From NCBI GenBank assembly GCA_010093745.1, contig MU005964.1, positions 372,001 to 420,024 on the forward strand: DNA of 48,024 bases. The letters are read 5' to 3'. The DNA is from Piedraia hortae CBS 480.64. Lineage: Eukaryota. Made by a program: the position numbers and the translations under genes. This document shows, piece after piece, positions 17,582-29,018 of the stretch. The notes under the pieces were generated by a model. It saw nothing but the letters and a program-made list of their open reading frames with translations. It ran no database searches and had not been told where the DNA came from. Numbering within the stretch: position 1 is the stretch's first letter; each line of letters begins with the position of its first letter.

Positions 17582-20317
17582 ATGGCCATGGCCGGCCCGT
17601 CGCCTTCATTACCTACGCGCGCACCATCGGCCCGACGACCGCAGCAACCACAGCAACAGCCACAGCCGCAGTCGCAGCGGCGATCGCAGTCAGCATCACA
17701 GCCGGCAGCCCACTCCCGCACACCGTCCAGCCAGCTGCGCAATGTCGCGAGAGCCGATTATGAACAGACCAACCTCGCCAGAGGACCCATGGGGCGTCGC
17801 ACCGAGTCGCAGGGCCCTACGGCGGCCGAACCAGTGCCGGCGCGCCAGGAAAGCACCAGGCGACGTCATGCCGACCCGCTGACGTCTGCGCCGCCATCCT
17901 CTATCGCGCGGCGACGGACAACAATTGACGCGCAGACGGGACACTGGGACCTCGGCAAAACTATCGGGGCGGGGAGCATGGGAAAGGTCAAGCTGGCGCG
18001 AAATAGAGAAACGGGAGAACAAGTGGCGGTAAAGATTGTCCCGCGACAGAGCGCAGACGGAGAACACCGATCTCTTGCTGAGCGCGAGCGTGCAGATCGC
18101 AGTAAGGAGGTGCGAACCGCCCGCGAGACTGCCATTGTAACGCTGGTCGACCATCCGTATATCTGCGGCATGCGGGATGTGGTGCGCACAAACTACCACT
18201 GGTATATGCTGTTTGAGTATGTCAACGGAGGACAGATGCTCGACTATATAATCAGTCACGGTCGGGTAAAAGAGAAGCAAGCACGCAAGTTTGGCAGGCA
18301 AATCGCATCGGCACTCGACTACTGCCACCGCAACAGCATCGTCCACCGTGATTTGAAAATCGAAAACATTTTGATCAGCAAAAACGGTGATATCAAAATC
18401 ATCGACTTCGGTCTCTCTAACCTATTCTCGCCAAAGGGCCTACTCAAGACATTCTGCGGCAGTCTCTACTTTGCCGCTCCGGAGCTGCTCCAGGCGCGGC
18501 AATATACTGGCCCAGAGGTTGATGTGTGGAGCTTTGGCATTGTGCTTTATGTCCTCGTGTGCGGCAAAGTGCCCTTTGACGACCAGTCAATGCCTCAACT
18601 CCACGCAAAGATCAAACGGGGCTACGTAGAGTATCCTCCCTGGCTCTCCCCTGAGTGCAAAGGCTTGATAGGTCGGGCGTTGACCACTAACCCGCAGGAA
18701 AGGGCCACAATGCACGAGATCCTGAACCATCCATGGATGAATAAAGGCTATAACGGGCCTCCGGATAACCACCTACCCCATCGTGCTCCCCTTCAACTTC
18801 CGCTTGATCCAGCAGTCATTGATAAGATGACTGGCTTCGACTTCGGCTCGGCTGAGTTCATCACCGCCCAGCTGACCAAGACGATTGAGTCGGAAGACTA
18901 CCAGCGGGCAGTGCGTGCGCTGGAAAAGAAAGGAGCACAAACACTCGCACCTGAGCAAGACCGCAAACGCGGCGTCTTTGATTTCTATAAGCGTCGAAAC
19001 TCGACTAACAGCCGGGATACCTTCAACACTCCGTCGAGTGAGGCCGTGCAGCTTGGCAGCGATCCCACAATGGCCTACAACCCGTTGATCTCCGTCTATT
19101 ACCTCGCGCGGGAAAAGATGGAGCGTGAGGCTCGTGAGCGCAACCCTGGTGCCTTTGCCATACCCCAGGCGCCGGGAGAGATGCCTCTTCCTGTTCCCGG
19201 TCTTCCAGAACTCCCTCGGGCTGCATACACCAATGCTCAAACGTATGAAATGCCGGGTGAAAAGCCCACTGGTGGCCGCACTCGTCCTCGTGCGCGAACG
19301 CACGGCGAAGACGAAAGTCAGCCCAAGATGCAAAACGTCAACTTGCAGACTGCTCCTTCGCCCATGAATCCTGCAATAGTAGAACCATACGTCGAACCAC
19401 AATCTCCTCCTCCTAGGCGCGAGAATCCGGCTACTAGCCTCTTCCGCCGCCTCAGCACTCGTCGCTCCAAAGACAGCAGCGACCGCTGGGTCCGCCCTAG
19501 CTCAGAGCGGGCAACGGCTGAGACTCCTCGGAAGAGTTTCAGCGTACGCCGCACACGAGACAGGAGCTCCAGTCGGTCGCGTATGCCCGAAACCCCCCGA
19601 ACTGCCAACCTCCCACCTGTGGGCGAGAAGAAGCCGCAAGGTCTTGGGCGTTCAATCAGCGTCAACTCATCTGATATGCGCCGCCGGTTTTCGCGAAGAG
19701 GTGTTTCCGAGGGCCATGCTTTCAAATTTCCCGACAACAGTGCCTCCAACCGACCGTGTCCCATACGCGAAACCGAGTCTGACACCGAAAGCAACAGCTA
19801 TGAGGCTCGTCGCGCGGCAGCCCGTCGCAGTATGCGCCGAACATCTGGCGTTCCGGAGGAGACGGACCAAGAAATGCAGGATGAATCAGGCGGCATGACT
19901 GCCGGAACGCCTACAGACTTCAAGCCCGTTTTCCTCAAAGGCGTTTTCAGCGTCTCTACTACATCCTCCAAGCCCCTCTATTTTATCCGCTCAGACATCA
20001 TTCGCGTTCTTAACGAACTAGGCGTCGAGTACTCCCCTCTCAGGGGTGGCTTCAGGTGTAAACACGCCCCCAGCCCATCTGGGGCCAAGGTGGGTGACCG
20101 GAGAAGGTTCTCAGCTGAGCAGCGTCAGAGAGAGGTGGGCGAGACTTCTACCCATGTTCAATCAGACCTGGGAGGGAGCTCGGCATTGAAGTTTGAGATT
20201 TTCGTTGTCAAGGTCCCGCTCATAAACTTGCACGGCGTGCAATTTAAGAAGATTGAAGGCGGTACCTGGCAATACAAGGCCATGGCGCAGAGGATACTGG
20301 AGCGGTTGAGGTTGTGA
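17582..20317 (+). CDS. KIN1: Kin1/MARK/Par-1 family Ser/Thr kinase with C-terminal KA1 domain
   Basis: KTIGAGSMGKVK, HRDLKIEN, DFGLSN, TFCGSLYFAAPE; C-terminal KPVFLKGVFSVSTTSSK...FEIFVVKVPLINLHGVQFKKIEGGTWQYK...RLRL. Single exon. Confidence 0.96.
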   Translation: MAMAGPSPSLPTRAPSARRPQQPQQQPQPQSQRRSQSASQPAAHSRTPSSQLRNVARADYEQTNLARGPMGRRTESQGPTAAEPVPARQESTRRRHADPLTSAPPSSIARRRTTIDAQTGHWDLGKTIGAGSMGKVKLARNRETGEQVAVKIVPRQSADGEHRSLAERERADRSKEVRTARETAIVTLVDHPYICGMRDVVRTNYHWYMLFEYVNGGQMLDYIISHGRVKEKQARKFGRQIASALDYCHRNSIVHRDLKIENILISKNGDIKIIDFGLSNLFSPKGLLKTFCGSLYFAAPELLQARQYTGPEVDVWSFGIVLYVLVCGKVPFDDQSMPQLHAKIKRGYVEYPPWLSPECKGLIGRALTTNPQERATMHEILNHPWMNKGYNGPPDNHLPHRAPLQLPLDPAVIDKMTGFDFGSAEFITAQLTKTIESEDYQRAVRALEKKGAQTLAPEQDRKRGVFDFYKRRNSTNSRDTFNTPSSEAVQLGSDPTMAYNPLISVYYLAREKMEREARERNPGAFAIPQAPGEMPLPVPGLPELPRAAYTNAQTYEMPGEKPTGGRTRPRARTHGEDESQPKMQNVNLQTAPSPMNPAIVEPYVEPQSPPPRRENPATSLFRRLSTRRSKDSSDRWVRPSSERATAETPRKSFSVRRTRDRSSSRSRMPETPRTANLPPVGEKKPQGLGRSISVNSSDMRRRFSRRGVSEGHAFKFPDNSASNRPCPIRETESDTESNSYEARRAAARRSMRRTSGVPEETDQEMQDESGGMTAGTPTDFKPVFLKGVFSVSTTSSKPLYFIRSDIIRVLNELGVEYSPLRGGFRCKHAPSPSGAKVGDRRRFSAEQRQREVGETSTHVQSDLGGSSALKFEIFVVKVPLINLHGVQFKKIEGGTWQYKAMAQRILERLRL

Positions 20318-20788
20318 CTTTTCTTTCTGTCTTCTAGCCGTTTACTTCATTCTATGAACAATACGTATTGTCACACCGGAGGCGGGTTATCTTCCTGGGT
20401 GGAGGAAGAGTGCATTCATGGAAACCTAAGAATGATAACAGCGTGGAACGGTGCGAGGAGTTCGATTCACTACCCTCTATTCCTTTCTAATCATGTTACT
20501 ACTGCGTAGATTAGCGCTTTACTTCCCTTTGCCCATGTTATATCGGGCAGGCCAGTGGTTGACAGCCTTGCCACCACCTGCGCCCTGCTTCTCCAAGTGC
20601 GTAGGGCCAACCCATCCTTCTGATACTCCAGTGCTACCACACAAACACTGCTTTGACATTACTCTATGTGGAGAAGCTATGATTTTACATACATATGATC
20701 AGTGGTGCGGTGTGATCGAAGGGTGACCACACAACTTTCCGCCCATCTACACTAGCTGTAAGGATAACATGGGTTGTATAGACGCAGG

Positions 20789-21502
20789 TTAAAATATACC
20801 GAACCATTTTCGCGCAGGCTGAGACACTCCGGCAGCTGGTTTGGTCACTTCCGCCTGTGAAGACCCTTGAACCTGCCCCGCTGTCCCGCTGGCTGCTTGC
20901 GGCTCATGTGCAGCTACGGGACTTGCGTCATCAGCAAGTGGACTACTATCCTCGGTGCGAAAAGATCCCCCAGTTTCGATTCCGTGAGCTTTGCGGTAGG
21001 CCGCTCGCTTCTCTACGTCTTCCAGCTTACGACGACGTCTTTCAGCTGTTTGATCCGAGACATATCGGACATGCATACCGTACACTTCAAACCACCGGCC
21101 CAAAAACCGAATAGGATGGGCAAAAATCATGGACTTGGGTGGCAGTAGATCTCGGTAGGGCGTATTCAAAAGAAAGTCCTGTACCCAAAGGGTGACGCAG
21201 AGCGATATGAGCACGCTCATGGAGATAAAGAGATGGATATTTCGGTTGGTCAGAAACCAGTGCAAAAACGTTCCTTCTGGTGGCATCATGTGAGGATATC
21301 GACGTGTCTTCTGCATTTCTTTCTCTTGTGCGCCGAGAGGTCTGTCATAGCTTGTTGGGTCTCGACGCCGTGATGGATGTGAAGGCGGGTTAAACCTTTC
21401 TGGTTTAGCCAGAACACGGGGCTTCGGAGGTGGGGTTGAATATAATCGAGTTAATTGTATTTGAGTGGCAGAGGGCCGCAGAGGGAGTCTGAAAGGTGGC
21501 AT
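20789..21502 (-). CDS. Uncharacterised single-TM protein, probably mitochondrial
   Basis: 237-aa ORF; Arg-rich, acid-free N-terminus ending RLYST (presequence-like); block VLAKPERFNPPSHPSR...YPHMMPPEGTFLHWFLTNR; hydrophobic IHLFISMSVLISLCVTLWV. Confidence 0.8.
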   Translation of the reverse strand: MPPFRLPLRPSATQIQLTRLYSTPPPKPRVLAKPERFNPPSHPSRRRDPTSYDRPLGAQEKEMQKTRRYPHMMPPEGTFLHWFLTNRNIHLFISMSVLISLCVTLWVQDFLLNTPYRDLLPPKSMIFAHPIRFLGRWFEVYGMHVRYVSDQTAERRRRKLEDVEKRAAYRKAHGIETGGSFRTEDSSPLADDASPVAAHEPQAASGTAGQVQGSSQAEVTKPAAGVSQPARKWFGIF

Positions 21503-21839
21503 TGTTCTTATTTAGTTAAGAAACTGAAGTCTTGGCTGATTTTTGATGGCCTCGTCCTTCAATTTTCCACAGACAAAGACCTCTACAGTTCGTAGGTACC
21601 ACTTTCCAGTCAATGCCAGTTACTCCTTCCTATTCGGGATGTGTTGCTGACGGGAGTGCCCCGCCCACGACTTTTGCTGGCGCTCACAGACATTTGACAC
21701 GCGCTTGCCGGCCCCTGGTCCACCACACGTCAAAACAACAACACCCAGCTTCTGTCACCCGACAAACTCCCTCCACCCACCTCCACACCTGCACTTCCAC
21801 CCAACCCTTGCACATCTTTCAACGAAATCAGTCGACATC

Positions 21840-23321
21840 ATGCGTGAAATCGTGAGTACTAGTGCTCCTGTTACCCTTACGCTCGCTGACAGCTCAGGTC
21901 CACCTTCAAACCGGCCAATGCGTAGGTCCTTCCCCGTGGCCCAGGATGACATTTTCTGACAGAAAAGGGCAACCAAATTGGCGCGGCCTTTTGGCAGAAC
22001 ATCTCTGGTGAGCACGGCCTTGATGGCTCAGGCGTGTACCATGGCACGTCGGACTTGCAGTTGGAGCGTATGAATGTCTACTTCAATGAGGTGAGCTTGA
22101 GGGATCCTTAGCAAGGCTGTGCTGACCAGTCAGGCTTCTGGAAACAAGTATGTTCCCCGTGCTGTCCTCGTTGATCTCGAGCCCGGCACCATGGATGCTG
22201 TCCGCGCTGGTCCTTTTGGCCAGCTTTTCCGCCCTGACAATTTTGTTTTTGGCCAGTCTGGCGCCGGCAACAACTGGGCCAAGGGTCATTACACTGAAGG
22301 CGCCGAATTGGTTGACCAGGTTCTCGATGTTGTCCGCCGCGAGGCCGAGGGCTGCGATTGCCTTCAGGGCTTCCAGATTACGCACTCTCTAGGCGGTGGC
22401 ACTGGCGCCGGCATGGGCACCCTTCTCATCAGCAAGATCCGCGAGGAGTTTCCTGATCGTATGATGGCCACCTTCTCGGTCGTCCCTTCACCCAAGGTGT
22501 CGGATACCGTCGTCGAGCCGTACAACGCTACGCTCTCGGTTCACCAGTTGGTGGAGAACTCGGATGAGACCTTCTGCATCGATAATGAGGCCCTATACGA
22601 CATCTGCATGCGCACACTCAAGCTCAACAACCCTACTTACGGCGATCTGAACCACCTCGTCTCTGCTGTCATGTCCGGTGTTACGACCTGTCTGCGTTTC
22701 CCGGGCCAGTTGAACAGCGATCTCCGCAAGCTTGCTGTAAACATGGTTCCCTTCCCTCGTCTCCACTTCTTCATGGTTGGCTTTGCGCCTCTGACCAGCC
22801 GTGGTGCCCACAGCTTTCGTGCTGTTTCTGTACCGGAGCTCACGCAGCAGATCTTTGACCCGAAGAACATGATGGCGGCCTCCGATTTCCGTAATGGTCG
22901 CTATCTGACTTGCTCGGCCATTTACCGCGGCAAGGTTTCGATGAAGGAAGTAGAGGATCAGGTTCGCAACGTGCAGAACAAGAACAACGCGTACTTCGTC
23001 GAATGGATCCCCAACAATGTGCAGACGGCCCTCTGCTCGGTCCCGCCGCGCGGCCTTAAGATGAGCTCTACCTTCGTTGGCAACAGCACCTCGATCCAGG
23101 AGCTTTTCAAGCGTGTTGGCGAACAGTTCACGGCCATGTTCCGTCGCAAGGCCTTTTTGCATTGGTACACGGGCGAAGGTATGGATGAGATGGAGTTTAC
23201 AGAGGCCGAGTCCAACATGAACGACCTGGTGTCCGAGTATCAGCAGTATCAGGAAGCCTCTGTGTCGGATGCTGAAGAGGAGGATTATGAGGATGAGGCT
23301 CCAATTGAGGGCATGGAGTAA
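21840..23321 (+). CDS. TUB2: Beta-tubulin; exons 21840-21851, 21898-21921, 21968-22090, 22134-23321
   Basis: Spliced [21 protein letters not shown]...[24 protein letters not shown], acidic tail. Introns of 46, 46 and 43 nt with GT..CTGAC..AG. Confidence 0.99.
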
Positions 23322-24093
23322 TCTGTAGTTGGCCAACATTGGGCTAATGCCTTTGCCAGTCAAGTTAATTCAGCGACATGATTGTGATTCCTTGTGTCTG
23401 CAGTGTGCTTCTACTGGTCGACTTATCTAGCACTCACTGCTTTCCGCCGTCTCTGTCATTTGATTATATGCGCCTGAGTCTGCCCAAGCGGGGATTCTTG
23501 TAATCCGGCATTCAAGGACGTGGCAAAGGCTCATCAGGCTGAGTTATGATTTGGAAGCTGACCATAACCACCTATAGGACGTTCTGATGATCGAGTAGCT
23601 AATGATACTTGATCAACACGTATAAAGGACGAAATTAGAGGAAGCACAGCCAATGCAGAGTCCTACATACAAGCTCAAAGTAAACATGTGTGCTGACTCA
23701 TATTATGAAAATATGTGATGCGTGAAAGGTGTCATCTGATCTGCTACATACCTAAGTCGTTCTGAGAGTATCCTGGGAAGAGTCTCTATTCTGACGACGT
23801 TTCTTACTTTGTGCAGTACTCTATGTTAAGATCGTTCCTGCTTTGTTTGGAAATTCTGGATTGCAAAGCAAAGGTTTGCTGGATGCAAGAGACAGCCTAC
23901 GACATACGAGAGGGTTAGAGGTACGCAATAGCTGTAGTCTGAGTGCTAATGTATGGATCTAGTACTGTACGTAGTCCCCTTGGGCAAACTGGTTCTCGTC
24001 AGTGCCACTTTATGACCAAATCCCGAGAAGAAGAACACAGACAACCGAAGTATAGAAACGCCTCTGATTGCATAGCATAGCATGATGCAGCAG

Positions 24094-24611
24094 CTAGAAT
24101 ACAGAGACCGTACTCCTTAGCGAGCACACTCCCCCTTCAGAATTCGAAAACCGATCAATCCTCTCATCCCTATCCCAAACGATTCCCAGGTCTGGACCAT
24201 CCTCCTTAGAAGTCGCAACACGCTTAAAATACCGGATACGATGCAACGGAATCCACTCTTCCCGATCCTGGTCCTTGACCCACGCATCTGCACGAAGCTC
24301 TTTAATCCCCTCAAACCGCTCCAGGTATCCTATCACGTAGTCTGCAATGTCCAGATTCGGATCCCACGAGAGTCTGGAGAATATCTTGTGCGGGGGTCGG
24401 TTTTTTTTCCGGGTGTGATGCTTCTTCAGATTGAGACTGGGATAAGGCTTCTTTGTTGTTGGATTTCATCTTTTTGGGTTTGGAGTAGCGTTGTAGTTCG
24501 GCTTGCGCTTTGGTATTTTGCTCTTTTTCCAGCTACTTTGTCGAATTCAATTTCGGTAAGGTGGGATTGTGCGAGAGCACGCAGACGGGATAGGTCATTT
24601 TGTTCTGCCAT
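24094..24611 (-). pseudogene. Frameshifted stand-alone MJ1316/DUF504-type (RNA cyclic-phosphate recognition) domain gene
   Basis: 3' frame reads SRLSWDPNLDIADYVIGYLERFEGIKE...EEWIPLHRIRYFKR...IVWDRDERID, the MJ1316 signature. This frame has an upstream TGA and no ATG; the N-terminal ORF (24611-24426) and the PAQDIL segment lie in the other two frames. Confidence 0.65.
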
Positions 24612-24860
24612 TGTACGCCTAGGAAAAATTTGTGCACCTTGTTAAAAGTGTTGGGTTGTGTTCTGGGTGCGATTGTGGCTTTAATGAGGCATAATGTGTG
24701 ATTCATATTCTACGTCAAGCCTTACAGCTGCGACCCACCCACCAAAAAAGCCTTTCGTGTTTCTAGGGCTGGATGTTGAACATGATTGTGACTCAACCCA
24801 GTGCTGTTTATGATAGCCACGAAGAAGAAATATTTAATTACATTACAGGTGTATCTCAGT

Positions 24861-27800
24861 TTAGGTTTCAGAAGAAGACTTAGGAGTGTACCACGTCGGC
24901 GGCGATTCTTGAGCTGGTGTCTGCGGTGTGTTTGGTTCAAGAGAGAGCTGAGCGCGAATGCTGCGGACCCATTCATGTTGTAACAGTTCGGCAGCGCTAC
25001 TGCGTTTAGAAGGATCCCGCTCAAAGCAGCATTGTAGGAAATTGATCCCGGAGGCTGACAGCTGGTCCTCCGTCGGCATTTGCGGAGTGTTGCCCTGAGC
25101 GATGTTGTACATGATTGCCCACTCGTTGTCCATGCTAGCCCAAGGTCGCGATCCGGTTGCCATTTCGCTGATGACGCAGCCCAGTGACCAGACGTCTTCG
25201 GCCCCCAGTCGGACGTTGGACGGCTTCGCACCCTTGATGGCTTCGGGCGACATGTACATTGGCGTGCCCTGCATGCTTTGCTGCCGCGCTTTGCCGCCCG
25301 GTCCCACGACGACCGTTTGGCCCTGCCTCGCAATCACCTTGGCAGCGCCAAAGTCAACAAATTTGATGACGCCGCTGTGATCCAACAAGATGTTTTCTGG
25401 CTTGATATCACGATGGACCACGCTAGACTCGTGCAGATACCCAAGCCCTTCGAGCATCTGCAGCGCGTACACTTGGATGACTGTCTCATCCTCAATTCGG
25501 CCATGCTCCAGTAAGGCCGCCAGCGACCCGCCCGAGCAATACTCCATGAAAATGTACACCTTGTCTCGATGAGGTTCGATGCCATAATACTGTACAACGT
25601 TGGGGTGATCCAGCACCTGCAATACGCTCATTTCGTCACGTATCTGGCTGACAATAGTCGGGATCAGCTTGGGATCCTGCAAGCGAATCTCCTTGACTGC
25701 CATTAGTTGGGTGGAATCAAGGTCAATGGCGACATAGACGCTGCCAAAGGTGCCGCCGCCTATAAACTGGCCCTGTTGCCACCGCAGGTGTACGTTGCCG
25801 GCCGATGCCGATAGCTGTGTAAGGGCGCGATCCGCTTCGCTGCCTCCTTCAAGCACTTTGCCAGCCGTCTGCCGCTCGACTTCCTTTTCCTTACGCATTT
25901 GCTCGATTTGCGCGAGCTCGTTCAGCCATTGGGCACGGACTACGTTACTTGATTCCTCATCGTCCTTGAGCTGACCCTCTTCCAGGTCGGCGCTGCCCCA
26001 TAGCGACTGCAGCCTTCGCTTTTCCGCCTCGGCAGCGACGGTGGAGCGTGCGCCCATGATGTCAAAATGGCTGATCAGCAGGCTCATGCATCCGGCAACT
26101 TTTGCCTGCAGAGTGTCCATCTCCTCTTCTGTTAGACCAAGAATGTTCTGTCCACGGGTCATCATCATGGCAAACTCCAAGGCTACCACAGCCCAACGAA
26201 ATGTCTTGCGATCCGATGCAACACAGTCATCACACACAAACGAAACCCAATCCAGTGCAATGTGGGTCAGCTTGAGCTGGTGCATGGCCCGACGCTGCTG
26301 ATCAAAGTAAATGGCTGAGCGTTGGCCAAACTCGGTGGCAAAGGAAAAGCACGTTTGAATGAGTTCCTGACACTCAAGACCCTTGGTTTGCCGACGAACA
26401 ATCTCAACAGAGTCCATGATGGTGTTGCTAAGTTTGTACGCTGTCTTCCGGATCTTGACCAATTCCTGGTTGACCCGGGGCAGATTGGCCCGTTGCTCTA
26501 CAAGAACAGGGAGATTGATGTATTGAGTAACGGCGGCAAAGGCATTGTTGGCCTTGGCTAGACGCTGCTGACTCTGATCTGCAACGAGACGGAGACGGCC
26601 GGGACGTACATCGAGCAAAGGCTGTCGGACGCTCTGGCCGGACACGCCATCCATCCTATGGCCGTTCCACATCAAAGGAGTCTCAGGCCTCATGATCAAA
26701 ACATACGGGTTGCTCGGATCTTCTGGCGAATTCTCAGCGTGGTAGCAGGTTCCCAGCAGGGACTGAATGTCCTTTGGCCGTTCTCGCAGCGAGGGTGAGG
26801 CAATCACATACACGGAGCCGTTCTTATCGATCTCGCCAGCCTGAGCAGGGCTGCTGACAGCCGTCTCTACGAGGAAGTGCCCGGAACGCGCGAGAGCGTC
26901 CATCAGTTGGGCTTGTTGGTCAACGTCAACGTTGATGTTGTATTCAGTGGCGTTCTCAAAACGCTGCGAGAGCATTCTGCTGAATCGGAAGATCTTGCGC
27001 TGCCGCACCCGCACCGTGTCCAGCAGGGCCTTGTACCGTCTATCCATCTCGGCACCGGCCACCTCGCCAGGCTTCCGCTGCAGCTCCTTTTCAAAGTAAG
27101 TTGTCAGTCGGTTGAGGGATCTGCTGGTCAGCGATGAGAACTGCTCAGCCACCTCGACATCGCCGCCTTCAATCTGGCGGCCAACAGAGTTGCAAAACTC
27201 CCACTCCTGCTCCAGAATTTCGGCCTCTTTGAACGTGTTCTTGTTGGCCATGAGCTTCCAATTCAGCATTTTGAAGTAGAAGTTAAGGGCATCGAGCACG
27301 ACGTTGTCAAAGTTGTCGTCCAGACAGGGAGGGAGGTCCCAGCCAGGCTCGGGTTGGGCAATGACCAGATACTGTTCTTTGATGGCGTCGGCCAGACGGA
27401 GGAGTAGCTGAAACTGGAGAATCATCTGCTCGGCCATCATAACGCCCTGTTGTGCGGGATCACGCATCTTCTTGGCATAAGACAGCCGCATACGGATGAT
27501 TTCCTGGATGAGGCGGGAAGGGAAGTTGATGAGTGTCAGCAATTCCTCAATGTAGGGCGGTAGATGGCGGTCGGCAAAGGCACGGGCGTTAGAGATCAGT
27601 GTGGCCTTGGCCTTGCAAATGACCGTGTTGATCTCGCCCAGCAACGAATTCTTATCATGGAAGTCCTTGTCTCTCGCGCTCTTGCCGCCAAAAGCCTTGA
27701 TTCTGGCGCTATTGTCCTGCAGCGACTTGAGTCCGTCCTCCTTCAAAATGCGGTCTATAAACGAGCTCTCGTCAAAGAGGTTCTGCGGACCATCCGGCCG

Positions 27801-29018
27801 CTGTTGCGGCTTGAGAAAGTCGAGCTCCTCGTTGCCCACCCACTTGCGCAAGATGCCGAGCTCTGTGCCAATCAGCGCCGTGGTGTTATGCCAGCTCATG
27901 ACGGCGTCGCAGGCATTGCGATATTCGCTGCCGGCGGCGCGCGGATGAGCTTGTTCAAACGCCAGATGCGTGGGATACAGCCGCTCCGTCGCCTCAATCT
28001 GATCCACGATTGCCTGCACCTGCTCCGTTGCCGTCAGCCCGGCCTCAGCTGCGCCTTTGATCTCGAAGGCGGCAATGGCCTCGATGGCCTGCTTGACCTG
28101 GCTACGGCCCTCCTCAATTAGCTTCTTCTGAGCATCAACTGACCGGCCGCACGTCTTCGCACGCACTCCAAGCCACAGCTCGTGCTTGAGCGCACTATCA
28201 CCCTGCGCGCCACCGCCGCCAGTCAGCCGTTTCTTCTCCTGCTTCACGACGTCGCCAGTGAGCACGGCGGCCAACATTGCGTGCCACTCCAGCCGCTCGC
28301 GGTTCGCCGGCACACTAAGCTCTTCGGCCGTCGGCTCCATACCCTCATTGCTGTAGTTGAGGAGGACTTCCTGGTCGTACGCGTCACCCTCAGACTGTCG
28401 CCCGCCACTGGGACTCTCATCAGCGTCCGACTCTGTCTCGGTGCTGTAACCGACTGACGGCGCCTGATCGCCAGGATAAAAGCCGTGATCCGGCACGTTT
28501 TCGCGAATTCGCTGCACATACGCCTTCTCCTGCGCGCGGTATTCGGCGTTTGGGTTCCACTGCCGACCGCGCTGTGTGCCGCCGTTTCGTGGCCGGCTGC
28601 TGGCCATGCGTGTGTACTGGTGCGGCCTGCGCGGTGGAGCATATGCGTTGCTGGGCTGTCGTGACGCCGCCGGACGTGCCGGACGCGTGTGCAGCCCATT
28701 TGCCACAAGACTAGGCGGTGGTTGTGTGTCATGGTGCGGCAGTGATCTCAACGAATTTGGCGGCGTCCGTCCGTACGTTGATGCGCTGGTGAGGGGCGTC
28801 AGACCATCCAACGCCGCCCCGGCTGCGCCGCTTGGCGTCGGCGAAAGGTGGAGGGTGGCCATCGTGGAGACCAGATCATCGTCGTCGCCGCTTTCGGTAG
28901 CATAACTGTCCACCTGGCTGGTAACGGTGCTAGTCGAGTTGTAGGAGGGGAAATCGGGGCGGTCTCTCATGTGTTCCATGACAGTGTTGACGTCGCGGTG
29001 GAGTGGGGGCGAAGCCAT
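24861..29018 (-). CDS. SSK2: HOG-pathway MAP kinase kinase kinase Ssk2/Os-4/Wis4
   Basis: RERLEWHAMLAAVLTGDVVKQEKKRL, long helical region, C-terminal kinase WQQGQFIGGGTFGSVY, MAVKEIR, HRDIKPEN, DFGAAK, GTPMYMSPE, DNEWAIMY. Single exon, 1385 aa. Confidence 0.97.
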   Translation of the reverse strand: MASPPLHRDVNTVMEHMRDRPDFPSYNSTSTVTSQVDSYATESGDDDDLVSTMATLHLSPTPSGAAGAALDGLTPLTSASTYGRTPPNSLRSLPHHDTQPPPSLVANGLHTRPARPAASRQPSNAYAPPRRPHQYTRMASSRPRNGGTQRGRQWNPNAEYRAQEKAYVQRIRENVPDHGFYPGDQAPSVGYSTETESDADESPSGGRQSEGDAYDQEVLLNYSNEGMEPTAEELSVPANRERLEWHAMLAAVLTGDVVKQEKKRLTGGGGAQGDSALKHELWLGVRAKTCGRSVDAQKKLIEEGRSQVKQAIEAIAAFEIKGAAEAGLTATEQVQAIVDQIEATERLYPTHLAFEQAHPRAAGSEYRNACDAVMSWHNTTALIGTELGILRKWVGNEELDFLKPQQRPDGPQNLFDESSFIDRILKEDGLKSLQDNSARIKAFGGKSARDKDFHDKNSLLGEINTVICKAKATLISNARAFADRHLPPYIEELLTLINFPSRLIQEIIRMRLSYAKKMRDPAQQGVMMAEQMILQFQLLLRLADAIKEQYLVIAQPEPGWDLPPCLDDNFDNVVLDALNFYFKMLNWKLMANKNTFKEAEILEQEWEFCNSVGRQIEGGDVEVAEQFSSLTSRSLNRLTTYFEKELQRKPGEVAGAEMDRRYKALLDTVRVRQRKIFRFSRMLSQRFENATEYNINVDVDQQAQLMDALARSGHFLVETAVSSPAQAGEIDKNGSVYVIASPSLRERPKDIQSLLGTCYHAENSPEDPSNPYVLIMRPETPLMWNGHRMDGVSGQSVRQPLLDVRPGRLRLVADQSQQRLAKANNAFAAVTQYINLPVLVEQRANLPRVNQELVKIRKTAYKLSNTIMDSVEIVRRQTKGLECQELIQTCFSFATEFGQRSAIYFDQQRRAMHQLKLTHIALDWVSFVCDDCVASDRKTFRWAVVALEFAMMMTRGQNILGLTEEEMDTLQAKVAGCMSLLISHFDIMGARSTVAAEAEKRRLQSLWGSADLEEGQLKDDEESSNVVRAQWLNELAQIEQMRKEKEVERQTAGKVLEGGSEADRALTQLSASAGNVHLRWQQGQFIGGGTFGSVYVAIDLDSTQLMAVKEIRLQDPKLIPTIVSQIRDEMSVLQVLDHPNVVQYYGIEPHRDKVYIFMEYCSGGSLAALLEHGRIEDETVIQVYALQMLEGLGYLHESSVVHRDIKPENILLDHSGVIKFVDFGAAKVIARQGQTVVVGPGGKARQQSMQGTPMYMSPEAIKGAKPSNVRLGAEDVWSLGCVISEMATGSRPWASMDNEWAIMYNIAQGNTPQMPTEDQLSASGINFLQCCFERDPSKRSSAAELLQHEWVRSIRAQLSLEPNTPQTPAQESPPTWYTPKSSSET

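Noticed and set aside
17638..17700. PQQ-encoding repeats in the KIN1 N-terminus
   Set aside because: Ordinary low-complexity coding sequence.
22593..23363. 256-aa ORF antisense to beta-tubulin
   Set aside because: Typical shadow ORF of a highly codon-biased gene.
23322..24093. AT-richer gap with AGGGTTAG (~23911) and TGACTCA (~23694); considered as RIP relic or telomerase template
   Set aside because: Matches are too short, with no supporting ORF, terminal repeat or structure.
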